This document shows, piece by piece, positions 1 to 13,545 of a stretch of 64,000 nucleotides of DNA. The first letter of the stretch is position 1, and the number at the start of each line of letters is the position of its first letter. Made by a program: the position numbers and the translations under genes. The notes beneath the pieces are model-generated. The model saw nothing but the letters and a program-made list of their open reading frames with translations. It had not been told where the DNA came from and searched no databases. The stretch comes from Octopus sinensis (lineage: Eukaryota). The stretch spans positions 98,580,001-98,644,000 of the forward strand of contig NC_042998.1 in assembly GCF_006345805.1 (NCBI RefSeq), given 5' to 3'.

Positions 1-139
1 CGTGCGCAAATACACACATGTATGTATGTATGTATGTATGTATGTATGTATGTATGCATGCATATAAAACAAGACATCATTTGTTCTTAAAGCAAGTAAT
101 TCACTTAAATATGAAACTTAATAGTTTGTTTTACTATAC

Positions 140-269
140 CTGAAGTATAAAAGGTTTTCTGTGAAGGATGTAAAATTGGCGGCAAGTGAACTCTATAGCT
201 TTACACAGGACGGTGTTTGGTTGGTTGTTGCTGTACACTCGAAGAATAGTTGGCATTATATGCAAGAAG
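140..269 (-). CDS. unc80: unc-80 exon 14 of 14 in window: (G)FLHIMPTILRVYSNNQPNTVLCKAIEFTCRQFYILHRKPFILQ
   Basis: ccag acceptor and gtatag donor; 130 nt; phase 2 in matches the previous exon; near-identical to the recalled UNC80 motif AIEFACHQFYILHRKPFVLQ. Confidence 0.95.
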
Positions 270-914
270 CTGGAATATATATATATATACATATATATAC
301 ACATAATGTTTTAAAACTTGCAGTAGTAAACTTGTAATAATATGTTTAGTTTCATTTCAAAATTGTACTTGTTTGGCCAGGGATATTTTATGCAGAGACT
401 GAAATGATTACACAATTGTAGAGTTGTGATAATGAACTTTCCTGTTGTAGATGACAGTTGAGGATTCTGTAATTTCTTACTGAACAACCTGCACAGATGA
501 TTTGCTTTAGTGATTAAATGTTTGTGCTATACATTAGGTCACTCAGTCTATCAAACTGATATTACCTGTACTAGTGCATGGTGTTGAAGTAGTCACAGAG
601 CAACATGAAATGTTTTGTTCAAGAACACAATGCATCACTTGGTCCAGGAACTGAAACTAAATCATGTGACTGTGAGTATAATACCTGAACCACTAGGCCA
701 TGCCCCCTCATTTGAGTCATGATATGATAGTCATATTCGACACACCTATTAATTTTGTTTCATTTTATTTAGTGATTACATTATAAACAATAAAGTGTCA
801 AAACATGTTGTTATGTATCCAAGATTTAGTTACTGATACAGTTCCACTGCATCAGTTGGCAGTCTGTACTAACTAATTCTTGTAGGTGGCAGGGGAAATC
901 TGGTTGTTTTTTTT

Positions 915-1558
915 GACAATAAACTTTGCTTGTGAAGACCTACAGAGGCAAGTGAAATCAAAATCAAAATCGCTGACATGGCCGATGACAGTACTGCCTG
1001 ATTGGCACTTATGCCAGTAGAATGTTAAAAGCATATCCGAACATGGGGGTGTAACCGGCCCACTTATGAATACCCCTCATTCATTGGACAATGAACTTTG
1101 CTTGCAAAGACCTATTGAGGCAAGTGAAAACAAATCAAAATAGCTGACATGGTCAATGACAGTACCGCCTGATTGGCACTCGTACCAGTGGAATGTTAAA
1201 AGCACATCCGAGCATGATTGTTGCCAGGGGCACGGATTGGTTCCCGTGCTGGTGGCACGTGAAAAACAACATTCGAGTATGGTCGTTGCTAGTATCACTG
1301 GACTGGCTGCCGTGCAGGTAGCACATAAAAAACACTTTTTGAGCGTGGTCGTTGCCAGAACCGCCTGACTGGCCCTCCTGCTGGTGTCACGTAAAAGCAC
1401 CCACTACACTCTCGGAGTGGTTGGCATTAGGAAGGGCATCCAGCTGTAGAAACTTTGCCAGATCAGATTGAGCCTGGTGCAGCCTCTGACTCACCGTCAA
1501 ACCGTCCAAACCATGCCAGCATGGAAAACAGACGTTAAACGATGATGATGATGATGAT
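915..1558 (+). mobile_element. RTE-type LINE 3' fragment with duplicated UTR start, degenerate ~60-bp units and (GAT)n tail
   Basis: Same tail as the reverse complement of 45215-45400 (cacccactacactc...gaagggcatccagc...gcatggaaaac.gacg.taaa-gatgatgat); a ~125-bp block occurs twice (about 918-1046 and 1090-1217). Confidence 0.8.
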
Positions 1559-2017
1559 TTTCCTCTTACTTTTAAATTTTCTAATTATTTTTATAAGGAT
1601 TCTAAAGTTTCTTAATTTCTTGTCAATTTAACATGTATTAAACACACATGTATGTTTGTCTGGATGTGAGATTTCCCACCATCCTGAACACTTGACATTG
1701 TTTTTAATCTTCCTTTTTCTGAAAAAACATACGTTGCTTGCGGCAAACTATTTAGATGCAAGGGATGTAACTCTGTTTCTCATTCTTTCAATGACTTATC
1801 AATAGAGTGAGATAAAAAATACTAAAACAGTTGTTTTTGTTTAGTCCTCTCCAGCCTTGCTAACGATGACCTATAGCGCGTAAGTAGTTGAGTGAAGGTC
1901 TGAGTATGTCCCATGGATCCAGTAACCTAAAGACCAGATTCACAGCTGAACAATAGATTGGTTCAAACAAAAATAAATAAAAGTGGAAGAAAGGAAAACA
2001 GAAATGAGATCACATAC

Positions 2018-2202
2018 CCACTTGTAGAAAAAATATGCTTAAAATGTTTTGATGTGTTTATAAGAATAGCCAAACAGTTTCTAAGGACAGCTGTGTCTTC
2101 ACAATGTAGCACTATAGTTCCGTTGAGAACATTTAAGAAGAGAGGTAGGTCGTTGGACCAGTTGAATGTCTTGCTCATTGATGAGAACATGGTATTGATC
2201 AA
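2018..2202 (-). CDS. unc80: unc-80 exon 13: LINTMFSSMSKTFNWSNDLPLFLNVLNGTIVLHCEDTAVLRNCLAILINTSKHFKHIFSTS
   Basis: Poly-T + ccag acceptor, gtatgt donor, 185 nt; lies in ORF 1963..2283; matches UNC80 LFLNVFNGALILHPEDSALLR. Confidence 0.95.
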
Positions 2203-3248
2203 CTGGAAAAAAAAAATAGAATATAAAATCAGAGAATATTTTAAAAAGCAGCAGATATAAAGTGAAAAATATGAATGGAGCAAGATATAAATGATTTGTA
2301 TAAATCATTGAAGTAAGAAATAATAGTAAGAAAATGTATCAGAGATTTAGTGTGATTAAGTGTTACTGTTGCTGATATTGTTGTTAGAGTGGTCATTAGT
2401 GAGTAACCTTCAGTTATAGAGATAGTAAGGAGCTGTTTAACTGTCACTCCTTACCATCTAAATAATGGCAGTCATATGAGATAGGCTATTGTATGAATGA
2501 AATAGAATGGCATGTACAAGAAAAAGTGTTTCAGTTTTAATACAGAACCAGGAAAGAAACAGCAAAGTAGCAGGGTGTGGATAATAATCTGTTATCAGCA
2601 CTTCATAAATGAGATACATAGCTCTCAATGGTTCAGTCAACATAGCTTTAAGTAGACATACAGGTAAGACAGTAAATTAGTGGTTTGTTAGTTTGCAGTG
2701 CTGGATTTATTTCTGTTCATGAGAAAAGTTACTTTTGATAGACTGGCAAACAACACCGGAGGTAACTTGTCTCTCATCTACTTGACACTACAATGACTGT
2801 AGGCAAGAACCAGCCCAGCAGCTTGCAGAAATCTATGAAACAAAATGATAATATTGGCCTTGTACTTTCTTGTTTATATGTGAGCTAAGAATACAATGTG
2901 TTGTATGAACAATAGCATTGATAAATAAATATGATGATGGTTTTTTCATAAGTCACCAAGCTTATTAGAGGAAGGAAAAATAAATATTTCGAATTAAGAA
3001 ATAAAATTAACAACACATGTCGAATAAACTTTCGATGGGTGTTTTCAACAAGGCAGAAGGAAAGCAAATATTATAGAGACCGTATACGTTTGAATATTGT
3101 AGGATTATATTACAACAGAAAGCCAATCCATCACATGTAATTTAAAAAAAAGAAATGGTCACTATTTTTGCTGAAGTAAATAAATAGGAATTCTTAATGG
3201 AAATATATCCAACAGTTGATGGTCCTATTTCTCATCTACCTGACCAAA

Positions 3249-3392
3249 AGCTGTGTAGTTAAGAAGTCCACTTCACAATCACATAGGTCTGGGTTTCTTC
3301 CTGCTTCATAGCACCTTAGAGAAGTGTCTTCTATCATAGTTTGGGTCAATTCAAGCCTTGTGAGTAAAATTGGGTAAACAGAAACTAGACTG
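3249..3392 (+). mobile_element. Degenerate tRNA-derived SINE (head plus central domain)
   Basis: gctgtgtagttaagaag head and aagtgtcttcta/gccttgtgagt core; related copies near 45000-45160, 53200-53335, 56930-57070 and 57140-57265. Confidence 0.65.
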
Positions 3393-4302
3393 AACTTGTT
3401 CTTGGAACTGTAGACATAATCGACTAAAGTTTGATGCCATCATTGGCTTTCGGGTGCTTTTAGCAGAGTTCACCATGCTTCAAGCATTTGGACCAGATCT
3501 CCTGTCTAGAAATAACCCATGAGTCATGCTTCTATGCTCTCTCTATCTCCAGCTGTCTCAAATGCCTTACAGAAAGAGCATGGATCACTGTATTCTGTCT
3601 TCTGATTAAGTCCCTGAGAAAGAGAAACTATGACTGCATGAACTTCTTAGCTAGATATCTATTGATCAGGCTTTGGTAGAAGACACTCTTCATGCAGCTT
3701 CATGTAGTGGAAAGAAACCCAGAACTATGTAATTGTGAAGCAAATTTCTTAAACATGAGATTATTATATAAATAGATGAGGAAGAGGATTATGAGCCGCT
3801 GGCCCATATCTTCATATCCATTACAGAGTTCATTATAGCATTATAATTTTTATTATATAAAATAGATCTGATAGATTAGTTATTTCATGTTTATTCTTAA
3901 GAGAGGGAGAGACACAAATATATATATTTATATATATAGGAGGGAGAGAGAGAGAGAGAGAAAAAAAAGGTCCCAAAATAGTTTAGATTCTAAGAAGGAG
4001 ACTACAGTTAATAGCAAGAAAAGACCACTGTTACAGTGGAAAAAAATGAAGAATTAGAGATGAATTAGACAATACATTAAAATCAGAATAAGTGTGTATT
4101 TTTTTAATGGTTTTGTTTGTTTTGATTTGAGAAAGAAAGTGTGCAGCGAGTTGCACTTGGAAGTATGTTAGAGGTAAATGTGTAACTCTGGAAGAGAGTT
4201 GTAGCAGAGAATGAATATATAGCTTATTGAATGAAATCCTTGAAGGAAACACTGCTAACTTTACAATTTTTTAAAATGAGTTTTTAAATAAAATATACTC
4301 AC

Positions 4303-4347
4303 TTTTACCCATGAATACTTGTGTAGTGTATCCATTCCATATAGTTC
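4303..4347 (-). CDS. unc80: unc-80 exon 12: ELYGMDTLHKYSWVK
   Basis: 45-nt exon, ttag acceptor, gtgagt donor, phase 0/0; matches UNC80 ELFGLDTLQKSLWI. Confidence 0.9.
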
Positions 4348-6349
4348 CTAATTATAAAGGAAACAAAAATTAATAAAAGCATTGAATTAATAATTAATAA
4401 ACAAAAATGCAGTGAAGACTAATTTCAAAATGCTGAACCCTGCAAAAACAACCACCCCATGTGGTGCTGGAGAAGACCCTCATTAGTGTGTAAGCATGGT
4501 GTAGAGAATATGAAAACTAAGGTGATGGCTGGGATGCTCTCACTGCATTCATCCACTGTCCTCCACTCACCTCTATGACAACTTTTTCCTGCTTCTATTT
4601 CACAAAAATTCTCCTACCATGGCTTCTTCACCATTTGACACCCTCTCATCACTTTCTTCCTTTTACTGACCCCTTCCTATAAATCCACCACCTTCTTGAC
4701 ACCCCTTTGCATCTCTCTCTCACTCTCTCTATCATGCTCATTTTCTCTACCACTCTTCTACACTCACCCTCCCCACCTTATTCTCTCTCTCTCTCTCTCA
4801 CTAACTTCTGGTTCTACATTTTTACTTCTCATTACTTACCCACTGATGCTGTTCATTCTGTTATCCCTCTTCTAACATTCTCTAATAACAATAAATCTGC
4901 TTCTCATATCATACTTTAATCATTTATAACACCTCAGTTTTTGCTCAATATTTATCATCACTCTTTGTTTCACTTTTCCTCTCAGGCTCCTTAGTTTTGT
5001 GAGTTACAAAGTGACCTAACAAGTGCTTGTGCCATAAAAAAACGCACCTTGTATAATGGTTGGTGTTAGGAGGGTCATCCAACCTTAGAAAACCATTCCA
5101 AAACTGAGGTGACCAAGTAAGATGTAGTTCTCTCACCCATCCAGAAGGGCAGCAACTTTTAAAAAGAACTATCCATCTCCAAACAACAATGACATGATTT
5201 CTTCATAAGATGTCTCATAGAAGGGATAAATAAGTATTTTAAATTATCAAATAAAATTTACAACTTATGAAGAATCAAACTTCCAAAGTTTCAGTTATAT
5301 TGCTTTTCCTATATGTTCCTCAGAGACACACTTATATAGAGAGGTCTACATCAATATGTGATCTATGTTTCACCACATCAGAATCCTATTCTCAACCATA
5401 CCAATTTTGTTCCATCCACTAATATTTTATAAACATTCTATGGAAGGAATGAGATGTTTATATCTGTGTTTATCTACTCAAATAATATTTGAAAATATGA
5501 GAGGATATATTATGTTATATATTATGTTATATTATGTTACATATATGTTATATATTATGTTATATATCTCTAGCACCTCAAACATTTCAGTCATTTGTCC
5601 ACACAAACCCTTCACCTACTCAGAGACATAGATTGGCTTCCTTACACAAGTATGAAATTATTTCTAACACAGACAGTTTGATTCTTGCCTAAATATAAAT
5701 TTATTGATTATTTTACCCCTTCAAAAGAGAGGATTGTACATTAAATATGAAGCACTTTTCTAGTATACTATTGCAGTTTAACTTTTCATAACCATTGCAC
5801 AATTGCTAGGCCATGGTTTTTAGAAATTATTTTGGAAAGGAAGTGCTTCCAAGTATAGTTACAAGGCCAATATTATCCAGAAGTTATTTAACATTCCTGA
5901 TCTAAGAGCACGTCAGAAGAGCTTTTAGGAGTCTCTTTCAGTCACATTTAATGTCTAGCCTTAGTTTTCTTTATTTCCACTCACATTTTATTGATATCTG
6001 AGATATTTAACAACTCATATGATCTGTTTAGCTAACCTTGGAATGGAATAAATCTGTGATTCTCTTAACTATCATCTGAAGGTCAGATTCAAGCCAAATT
6101 CCAAGCAACTTAATTCATTAGACTGTCAACCAAAAATATCCATAAATGCAGAACTGCTCTTAAGAACAAGTGCCCCAAAATAATCCTGCAAGCAAGCATT
6201 TTGTCACTGATATTTGCTCTTGGTGATGTTTCTAAACCCTACAATTTAACAACAACAACATTGATTTCTTATGATAGTTCTACAACTGTGAAGAAATCAT
6301 CCTGTTATATAGGAAGGATTATGCTTAACTCTCATGTTTTACAATATGT

Positions 6350-6560
6350 TTTAAATATTGTTTTGAAATTGTGGGACAAAGCTAGAAATTTCGGAGGAGG
6401 GGTAAGTTGATCACTGTGACCCCAGTGCTCAACTGGTTCTTATTTTATTGACCACAAAATTACAAGAGGCAAAGTTGGCCTCAGTAGAGTTTGAACTCAG
6501 AATGTGAAGACAGATGAAATACCTGGCATGTTAATGATTCTTCTAGCTTGCCACCTTAAA
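6350..6560 (-). mobile_element. tRNA-derived SINE, same family as 9615-10090
   Basis: The reverse complement has the head aaggtggcaagctag and the B-box ctgagttcaaa; further copies near 24180, 25050 and 34465. Confidence 0.7.
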
Positions 6561-6644
6561 GTAATGAGGGTAGATATGTTTAATGAAAGAATCTCTAATT
6601 TCGAATATATATTCAGATTTAAAACATTTAAAAAATTTTTATTG

Positions 6645-6985
6645 TATCAGTTTTAGCTCAAAGCTGTGGCCATGCTGGGGCACTGCCATTTTGCTACACT
6701 GTTATTATTGAGAGCCTCCTCTGATATGTGGAATTTGGTGAATAAGGGAGTTTGATGTCACTACCCTCATTTGCGCCTCCTGCCATGAGGTAGGTTCATC
6801 TGGGACTCTCAACAGGAAGAGATCCAGTTTTGATTTGAACACACCTACATCCACTTTATGTAGGTCCCTCAGGTTCTTAGGAGAATATTAAAAAGCTGTG
6901 GGTTCCCAAAACCCAGGATGTTGCAGTAACTGGTCCTGAAACGTGACAGCATTGCTAGGATCTTTGTCACTGTGCAGATGTTCAT
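6645..6985 (-). mobile_element. CR1-like LINE 3' fragment (ORF2 C-terminus plus tail)
   Basis: Minus-strand translation across one frameshift gives PQLFNIL-PKNLRDLHKVDVGVFKSKLDLFLLRVPDEP, typical of a CR1 ORF2 end; tail gtgccccagcatggccacagc. Confidence 0.7.
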
Positions 6986-7475
6986 ATTAACTGCTGAAAA
7001 CACTGTCCTACATATTTCAATTCAGAAAATCAGTTTAAATCTCAATATCATAAAAACTGTGAAGATATACTAATGTTCAGCACTGGCAAAGGTTAAATTT
7101 AAGATAATTCTAACCAAACTTATATTTTGATCTAACTCATTGATGTCTCTCAGCACTTGTAGGTAGTTCTCTATGACTACCCCAAGGTAAAAGCACAAAT
7201 TTGCTCTGAACCAATAAGTTTGCTGAAGACTGCTACAAACCTCTTTGTATTATTTTGTCAAATTCTTATTGCAACATTTAGTAGATTGGTAGCCCTAAAC
7301 TTACATAATTGTTGCTCATATTTGTTTTCAAAAATGATCCTGTTGTATAATATGAAACTCCGTTGTGTTCCATATTACTTGAAACTACACATACTTTAAG
7401 GGATGTAGAAAAAAATCCCAGTCTAACATTGTGTATGGATTAAAAAAAACAACATAATTCTCAAATTGATCCTAC

Positions 7476-7583
7476 CTTTCCCCAGTTTCCACAGTACAAA
7501 TTGAATTCTGCTTCCAATGCTTTACGTGGAAAAGTTGGAAGCTTCATAAATTCTTCATGCAAGAATGAAACATGGTTTTGAAG
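7476..7583 (-). CDS. unc80: unc-80 exon 11: LQNHVSFLHEEFMKLPTFPRKALEAEFNLYCGNWGK
   Basis: 108 nt, tttag/gtagga boundaries; matches UNC80 HVSMLQEDLLRLPSFPRSAIDAEFSL. Confidence 0.95.
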
Positions 7584-7853
7584 CTAAAACAAGACAAATT
7601 ATGATTAGAAATTTCTGTAATCAGATAGCCAATATGCATGTGCACACATGAAAGGTTTACAATAATTTTAGGAATTTCTTGATCAAATTCAGTTTGATTA
7701 CAAAGAATAGATCCACATCATTTATCTCAATCATAATAAAAATACAGCAAGTTATCCAAAAATCAACAAACAGAATTTTAACTTATGAAATTTAAACATA
7801 GAATTAAAAAATAACATAAAAAGGAATATGATGAAATATGCATAAAAATTTAC

Positions 7854-7931
7854 CTGGTGTGACTGGGTACTTTGTAAAACAGCATTACTAAACAGTACTT
7901 TGCCAAATTCTACAAACTTTAAGACAAAAGC
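7854..7931 (-). CDS. unc80: unc-80 exon 10: AFVLKFVEFGKVLFSNAVLQSTQSHQ
   Basis: 78 nt, tgtag/gtaaat boundaries, in frame; matches VFTRKLEEVGRVLF. Confidence 0.92.
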
Positions 7932-8208
7932 CTACAAAGAAAATAGAATTTAAATAAATTCAAGTTAGGACAGTGTACTTTCATTATTAGCAGAAATTAT
8001 TAGGAAAAAGATAAAAATCTGGAGTGATATATATGTATTATAAATATTGAGTGTGAATGCACACTAAATAACCAGGTGGAAGAGATGTCTTCATGGGGTT
8101 AAAGTAGCAGTATTATCAGTTCTTAGAGAACACACACTTAAAGTGGCAATAGACACTACTTTTTGGTTGTATACTGCTTCTGTCTTGAACAGAGATTTTC
8201 TAACAATA

Positions 8209-8285
<77 letters not shown>

Positions 8286-9195
8286 CTGTATGTATACATG
8301 CATTATACATAGCAAGTGAATTGGGATTATCTTTATCATATGAAACACTTCTATGGACATCAGCTGCCTGAAAACTGAAAAGTGGGAAGATTTTAAATGT
8401 CACCACTCCAATTATCCAGAAATCTGCAAAATATCCATGGAGTATGTATAATAACAAGTATCAAAGAATGGAGTTAGCAAATCATTTTAATACATCATTT
8501 ACAACTATTTCATCACTATCCAATGTAACCAATGATGGCAACTATTGATTAATTTCCATGAGCTAATGCCTGAGATAATTCCTCAAAACTTTGTAAATGT
8601 AAAGAATATTATGTTTACAATTGTAAACAAAGTTTTAAAAATGATTTTCTAACTCCATTCTCCAAGGTTTGTTGTATGCATGCATACATGTATGAGTGTA
8701 TGAATGTCTATATGTATGTATGTATAAATACATGTGCAAGAAAGAGAGAGAGAGAGAGGGGGAGGGAGGGAGGGAGAGAGAGCGAGAGGAAGAAGCAGAA
8801 TAGAATGTATTGTACTTTCCACAAACTCTTGTAACAGGAATCTATATTGCAACAGTCTTATTGCTCAAAGATTATCAGTGGTAAAACTGTTTCCCTATAG
8901 AAGTATGAAATATGATCAAGGTTTTTCCCCCTAAGGTTTTAAAAATACATCTAGATATATTTCTTGGAAACCAGCTCAGCCACTAACAAAATGCTAACAA
9001 CCAAAGTAAAACAGTTTTCATGAATTTATTGATTCATCAATTAAAGATACACATACACTGAAAATCCACTACAAACACAAGGCCTCTTGATATACATAGA
9101 GATGACATTGAGACAAAATGTTCTATTTTAAAGTTGGTGCTCCAGCATGGCCTTAGCCATGGTAGCTAAAACAAACTAAAGAACTAAATATGTAC

Positions 9196-9317
9196 CTGTT
9201 TTTGTAGTGATTGAAAGGCAGCATCTGGGTTCATATGAACTAAGCTCAGTTGTGGGTAGATATTTCGATGGAAAAAATAAAAGTCACGTACATATGAATT
9301 CAAGTTGTGCATATGAT
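9196..9317 (-). CDS. unc80: unc-80 exon 9: (N)HMHNLNSYVRDFYFFHRNIYPQLSLVHMNPDAAFQSLQKQ
   Basis: 122 nt, tttcag/gtacat boundaries, phase 1 in; matches YVRDIYPFRRSVSPQLNLVHMHP. Confidence 0.95.
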
Positions 9318-9614
9318 CTGAAAGTAAAGTTGGGATTTGTCAAATTAACAAAAAAATACAAGTAAATATATTTGATAAATAAATATCAAATATTCAGCGA
9401 GTGCAATAACAAAAACAGTAAAAAGAATGACATTTATTTTGAAGTTCTACAAACTTATATATAGCTTCAACAGAAGTATTTTAAACATTTTTAACATTTT
9501 ATTTTTATGTCGAATGGTGCTTATTGGAAGTTAATGAAGACAATTTAGTATGGTTACGACAAATCAGGGTTTCTTAACTCAACCTAAGTTGGTTCAATAT
9601 TATAAATAGAAATA

Positions 9615-10090
9615 AGACGGAGAGCTAGCAGAAACGTTAGCACGCTGGGTGAAATGCTTAGCGGTATTTTGTCTGTGTTTAAGGTGGCGAGCTGGCAGAA
9701 ACGTTAGCACGTCGGGCAAAATTGCGTAGCCGTATTTCGTCTGCTGTTACGTTCTGAGTTCAAATTCCGCCAAGGTTCACTTTGCTTTTCATCCTTTCGG
9801 GGTCGATTAAATAAGTACCAGTTATGCACTGGGGTCAATATAATCGACTTAATCTGTTTGTCTGTCCTTGTTTGTCATCTCTGTGTTTAGCCCCTTGTGG
9901 GTAGTAAAGAAATAGGTATTTCATCTGTCTTTACATTCTGAATTCAAGTTCTGCCGAGGTTGACTTTGCCTTTCATCCTTTCAGGGTCGATAAATTAAGT
10001 ACCAGTTGCATACTGGGGTCAATCTAATCAACTAGCCTTGCCTCCCACAAAAATTTTGGGCCTTGTGCCTAGAAAAGAAAAGAATATTAT
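9615..10090 (+). mobile_element. Nested pair of tRNA-derived SINEs (inner copy 9682-9914)
   Basis: Two heads (gagct(a/g)gcagaaacgttagcacg), two B-box-like motifs, two tttcatcctttc.gggtcga cores; ~19-bp duplication at 9663-9681 and 9915-9933. Confidence 0.85.
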
Positions 10091-10127
10091 AAACAGAAGT
10101 GAAAATTTTTATGTTTGGGGATCTTAC

Positions 10128-10224
10128 TTGATTTTGTGTCCACAATGAAGTAAGAGTTATGCTGGTCTTCAGGGATATTGAAGAAATCCAGAGAATCAGT
10201 GAGAATCTGAGAAAATTTTGTGTC
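10128..10224 (-). CDS. unc80: unc-80 exon 8: DTKFSQILTDSLDFFNIPEDQHNSYFIVDTKS
   Basis: 97 nt, ccag/gtaaga boundaries; matches DTQFEALLKECLEFFNIPE. Confidence 0.95.
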
Positions 10225-11336
10225 CTGGAATTTAAAAAATGGTAGATATTGAAGGATACGGAAATATAAGAATGACATTTTTAGACTTTTATTTCAAAAA
10301 CTCATTTCATAAAACACCAAAAAATATATTCTAGGAGGTATATTTTTACCTCTGGACTGAAATGTAGAATCTAACTGAATGCCACTTGGGCAGCAGAAAT
10401 ATCATAAGATATGATAATCAGCAAATGAAAGATTCTCTGTAGATCTCTGGAACTCCCAAAAACAGCAAGTAAATTCACTCAAAGCACATTGTACACATTG
10501 TATTAGTATGTGATTCTAGGGAATTTTAAGTGCTAAAAATAGCTGCTAAGTACCTTCAAGTACCTCCACACTCTACTGTCTATAAAAAAGAGAGGCCACA
10601 TTAGACAATCTAATACTAGATATTCACAGCTACTGCTGGAACACCAAATTGCAGGTATACTCAGTCAGGATTGACCTGGAACTGAAAAGCAGTCAAAAAG
10701 TCAGTGATAAAACAAATATATAACAGTAAAATATAAAATACTACATTATGCTACAACTGTTTTATGTAACATGGCAAAAGTTACACAATAAATTAATCTC
10801 TTTGCTTTGGTTAATTATAATTACCAGGTTAGTGATGTCAAGATCAGCACACTGTTGAACAGAGTTGGCAGTTGTGTTTTAAAGATAATAAAGCTGTTTT
10901 TTTTCTACATCTTTGAGGTCTTTTTTACTTGGGATTGAAATCCTCTTTCATAGAAGCAACCAATATCTTTGGTTTTCTTATAATTTGAAAGTGTGTGTTT
11001 TTTTCTTTTCTTACTTTTTTTTTAAAGGGATTCCAAGAACTGTGATGTGTTGTGCTCCAACTAAATTCCAATTTTCAATCAGACAGAGAAGAATACCAAT
11101 AATACTTAAAGTTTGCAATTAATTTCTGTTTTAGCCATTTAAACAAATTATACTTCCATTAAAATTGACTACTTTTGAGAATGACTATAAGTTTAAGATA
11201 CCATAATATATGCTATTCAAATTTGCAACCAGTGAGAACAGATATAAATTACAGCTGTGAAAATTACATTCAAATTTTGTCAATAAATGCAAAAATTAAC
11301 TTAAAACGTTTAAGAAGAAAAGGAAAGCATTATTAC

Positions 11337-11435
11337 CTCTTGTATAGGAAACTGAGAGGGTATGCTTGCTAAATCTGGGCCATGCACAATTATCTTTTTA
11401 GCACTTGGAACATTAGATGAAACTAAAAGGAAAGG
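11337..11435 (-). CDS. unc80: unc-80 exon 7: PFLLVSSNVPSAKKIIVHGPDLASIPSQFPIQE
   Basis: 99 nt, tttcag/gtaata boundaries; matches LLVTASMPGTKTLVVHG..IPTQLPVHE. Confidence 0.95.
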
Positions 11436-12948
11436 CTGAAAATAAATGTAAATTATAAATCAGAAATGAATATAATTTGAAGAGTAATAAATAAATAATC
11501 ATTGTAAAATATAACTAACTAAAATAATTGTTGATTAATGCAGAAATTTCTTGATTTAAAAGATTGTCAAGCACTTTGCTCATATATAGTTGGGATCCAT
11601 TCTCATTCTTATAGCAACCCCAGATACCTATTAATTGATGTCACCCATGAAAGAGAAGCAATTAAGGATGAACACTAACTCAGTTAGATAGAGAAATGTA
11701 CTGAGTAGGAGGATGGCACAATGGTTGAGGAAGTATTAGAGACCCAGTAGACCACTCTTGTAAGGAGTGACAGTGTTGAGTAACTTAATATCCATGTAAA
11801 GACGAAATGGGAAAGACCAGAGGAATTGATGGGTACAGTGGGCATCATAGGACATGGGAAGGGAGCAACTAAGAGTGAAAGGATGAGGTTGAGATACTTG
11901 GATATCAATTCGATAAGGCATTTACAAGAATACACAATGGGGTGGCTAGAACTGGCAGGCTTATGAAATTAGGAGAGGAAATAAATGGTAAAGGGGTGGG
12001 GAGTTTGGAAAATGAGTTGGTAATGGTGGAAGGAGTTAGGAAGAAACAAGATTGAGGATGAAGGACACATGCTATTAGTAGGTGGGTGTCAGACAGAAGC
12101 ATAGGAGTAATAAAGAGGTGGTGTTGTCAGAGTGCCAGCATCTTGGAGAGGTCATTATAAACTATCACAACTCTGACTTTGTCAGTCAATTTTATGACAA
12201 AGTCATCCCAGCATCAAAGAATGTATTGGACTGAGACTTTGGCCAGGGTGATGTTGGGCTGTTGAGAACACTTGTGGAAGTTAAACTGGTTCACTGTGGT
12301 ATCACACTTGTTGACAAACAAGTCCAAGGTGCTGAACTGGTCTGGTAACATTGTCCAGTAAGATGGACAGAAACCCAAGTCCAATAATAATTAACTCTGT
12401 TTATTGAAGGTAAGTAGGGATGATGGTGGAAAAGAGCAGGAAACATATATATATTCCCTGTGTGGGGGTAGGTGGGTTTGTAGCTAGAAACATTATGTTT
12501 ATATATGTGTTTGTGGGTGCATAAGTCATAATATATGAATTCAAGTAATCCAGTAGTATTCATAAAAGTTCCTTAATGTATCATTGTACAAGTCTTATAG
12601 AATATATAGTAATACACAAGAGAAAAGGGTAAGGAGTGTATAAAGACATAAATGACAGAGAAATACTTTGATGAACTTTTATTTAACAGTAAGAAAAATC
12701 CTAATACCACAACAAATTGTTTCGTAACTCAAAAACATGCAAATAATTTATATTATCATATTTGATAATAAACAAATTACTTACATGTCTGCATCAATCC
12801 GAAAAATTTCATTCAGAATAATGCAGAATTTGAGCTACATCATCAGGTGAAAGAAAATCTTTGTTAAATACAAATTTTTGATGTAACAATACAGGAATGC
12901 CATCAAAATTTTAAAAGATTATGGAAGACATGTAAGTAATTTATGTAC

Positions 12949-12999
<51 letters not shown>

Positions 13000-13051
13000 A
13001 TATATATTATGTATGTGAATGAATGTAACATCTAAAAAAATAACAACTTAC

Positions 13052-13120
13052 ATCACACTGTTCTTTACGTAATGTCTGCTTTAAATCTTTGAAATATATC
13101 TCTTCGACACTTGGTATAAT
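13052..13120 (-). CDS. unc80: unc-80 exon 6: IIPSVEEIYFKDLKQTLRKEQCD
   Basis: 69 nt, cttag/gtaagt boundaries; FKDLKQT.KEQC motif. Confidence 0.95.
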
Positions 13121-13545
13121 CTAAGCATAAAATAGAAGCACCATAAAGTGAAATTAGTTTTTAGAATCCACTAAACAAATTTACATTTGAAATTGTTAAA
13201 AGGCACAAAGAGAGAGAGAGAGAGATGGAGAGAGAGAGAGAGCAGGGTGGGTGGGGGAAGAAGGAAGGAATGAAGAAAAAATAAAAGAAGAGAAAGAGAA
13301 CGGAGGATATGAAGAGACAAAGTAATAACAATTTAACTGCAAGGAAACAAAGAAACAGAAAAGGAAAAAGAAGGGAGGGGATGATTAAGCAGCAGAATGT
13401 GGAGGGGAGGGGTCAATAGGCCATACACCCCAGAATGAATGGCATGCTTGGTCACACCCCACGGTTATGACTTTGAGAAAATTTTAAATATGAAAACTCT
13501 TAAAATATACTGCAAGAATTAAGCTGTCTAAAATGATTTACAAAC

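Noticed and set aside
9682-9775. tRNA-like A/B boxes
   Set aside because: SINE heads; no cloverleaf, and followed by SINE core and tail.
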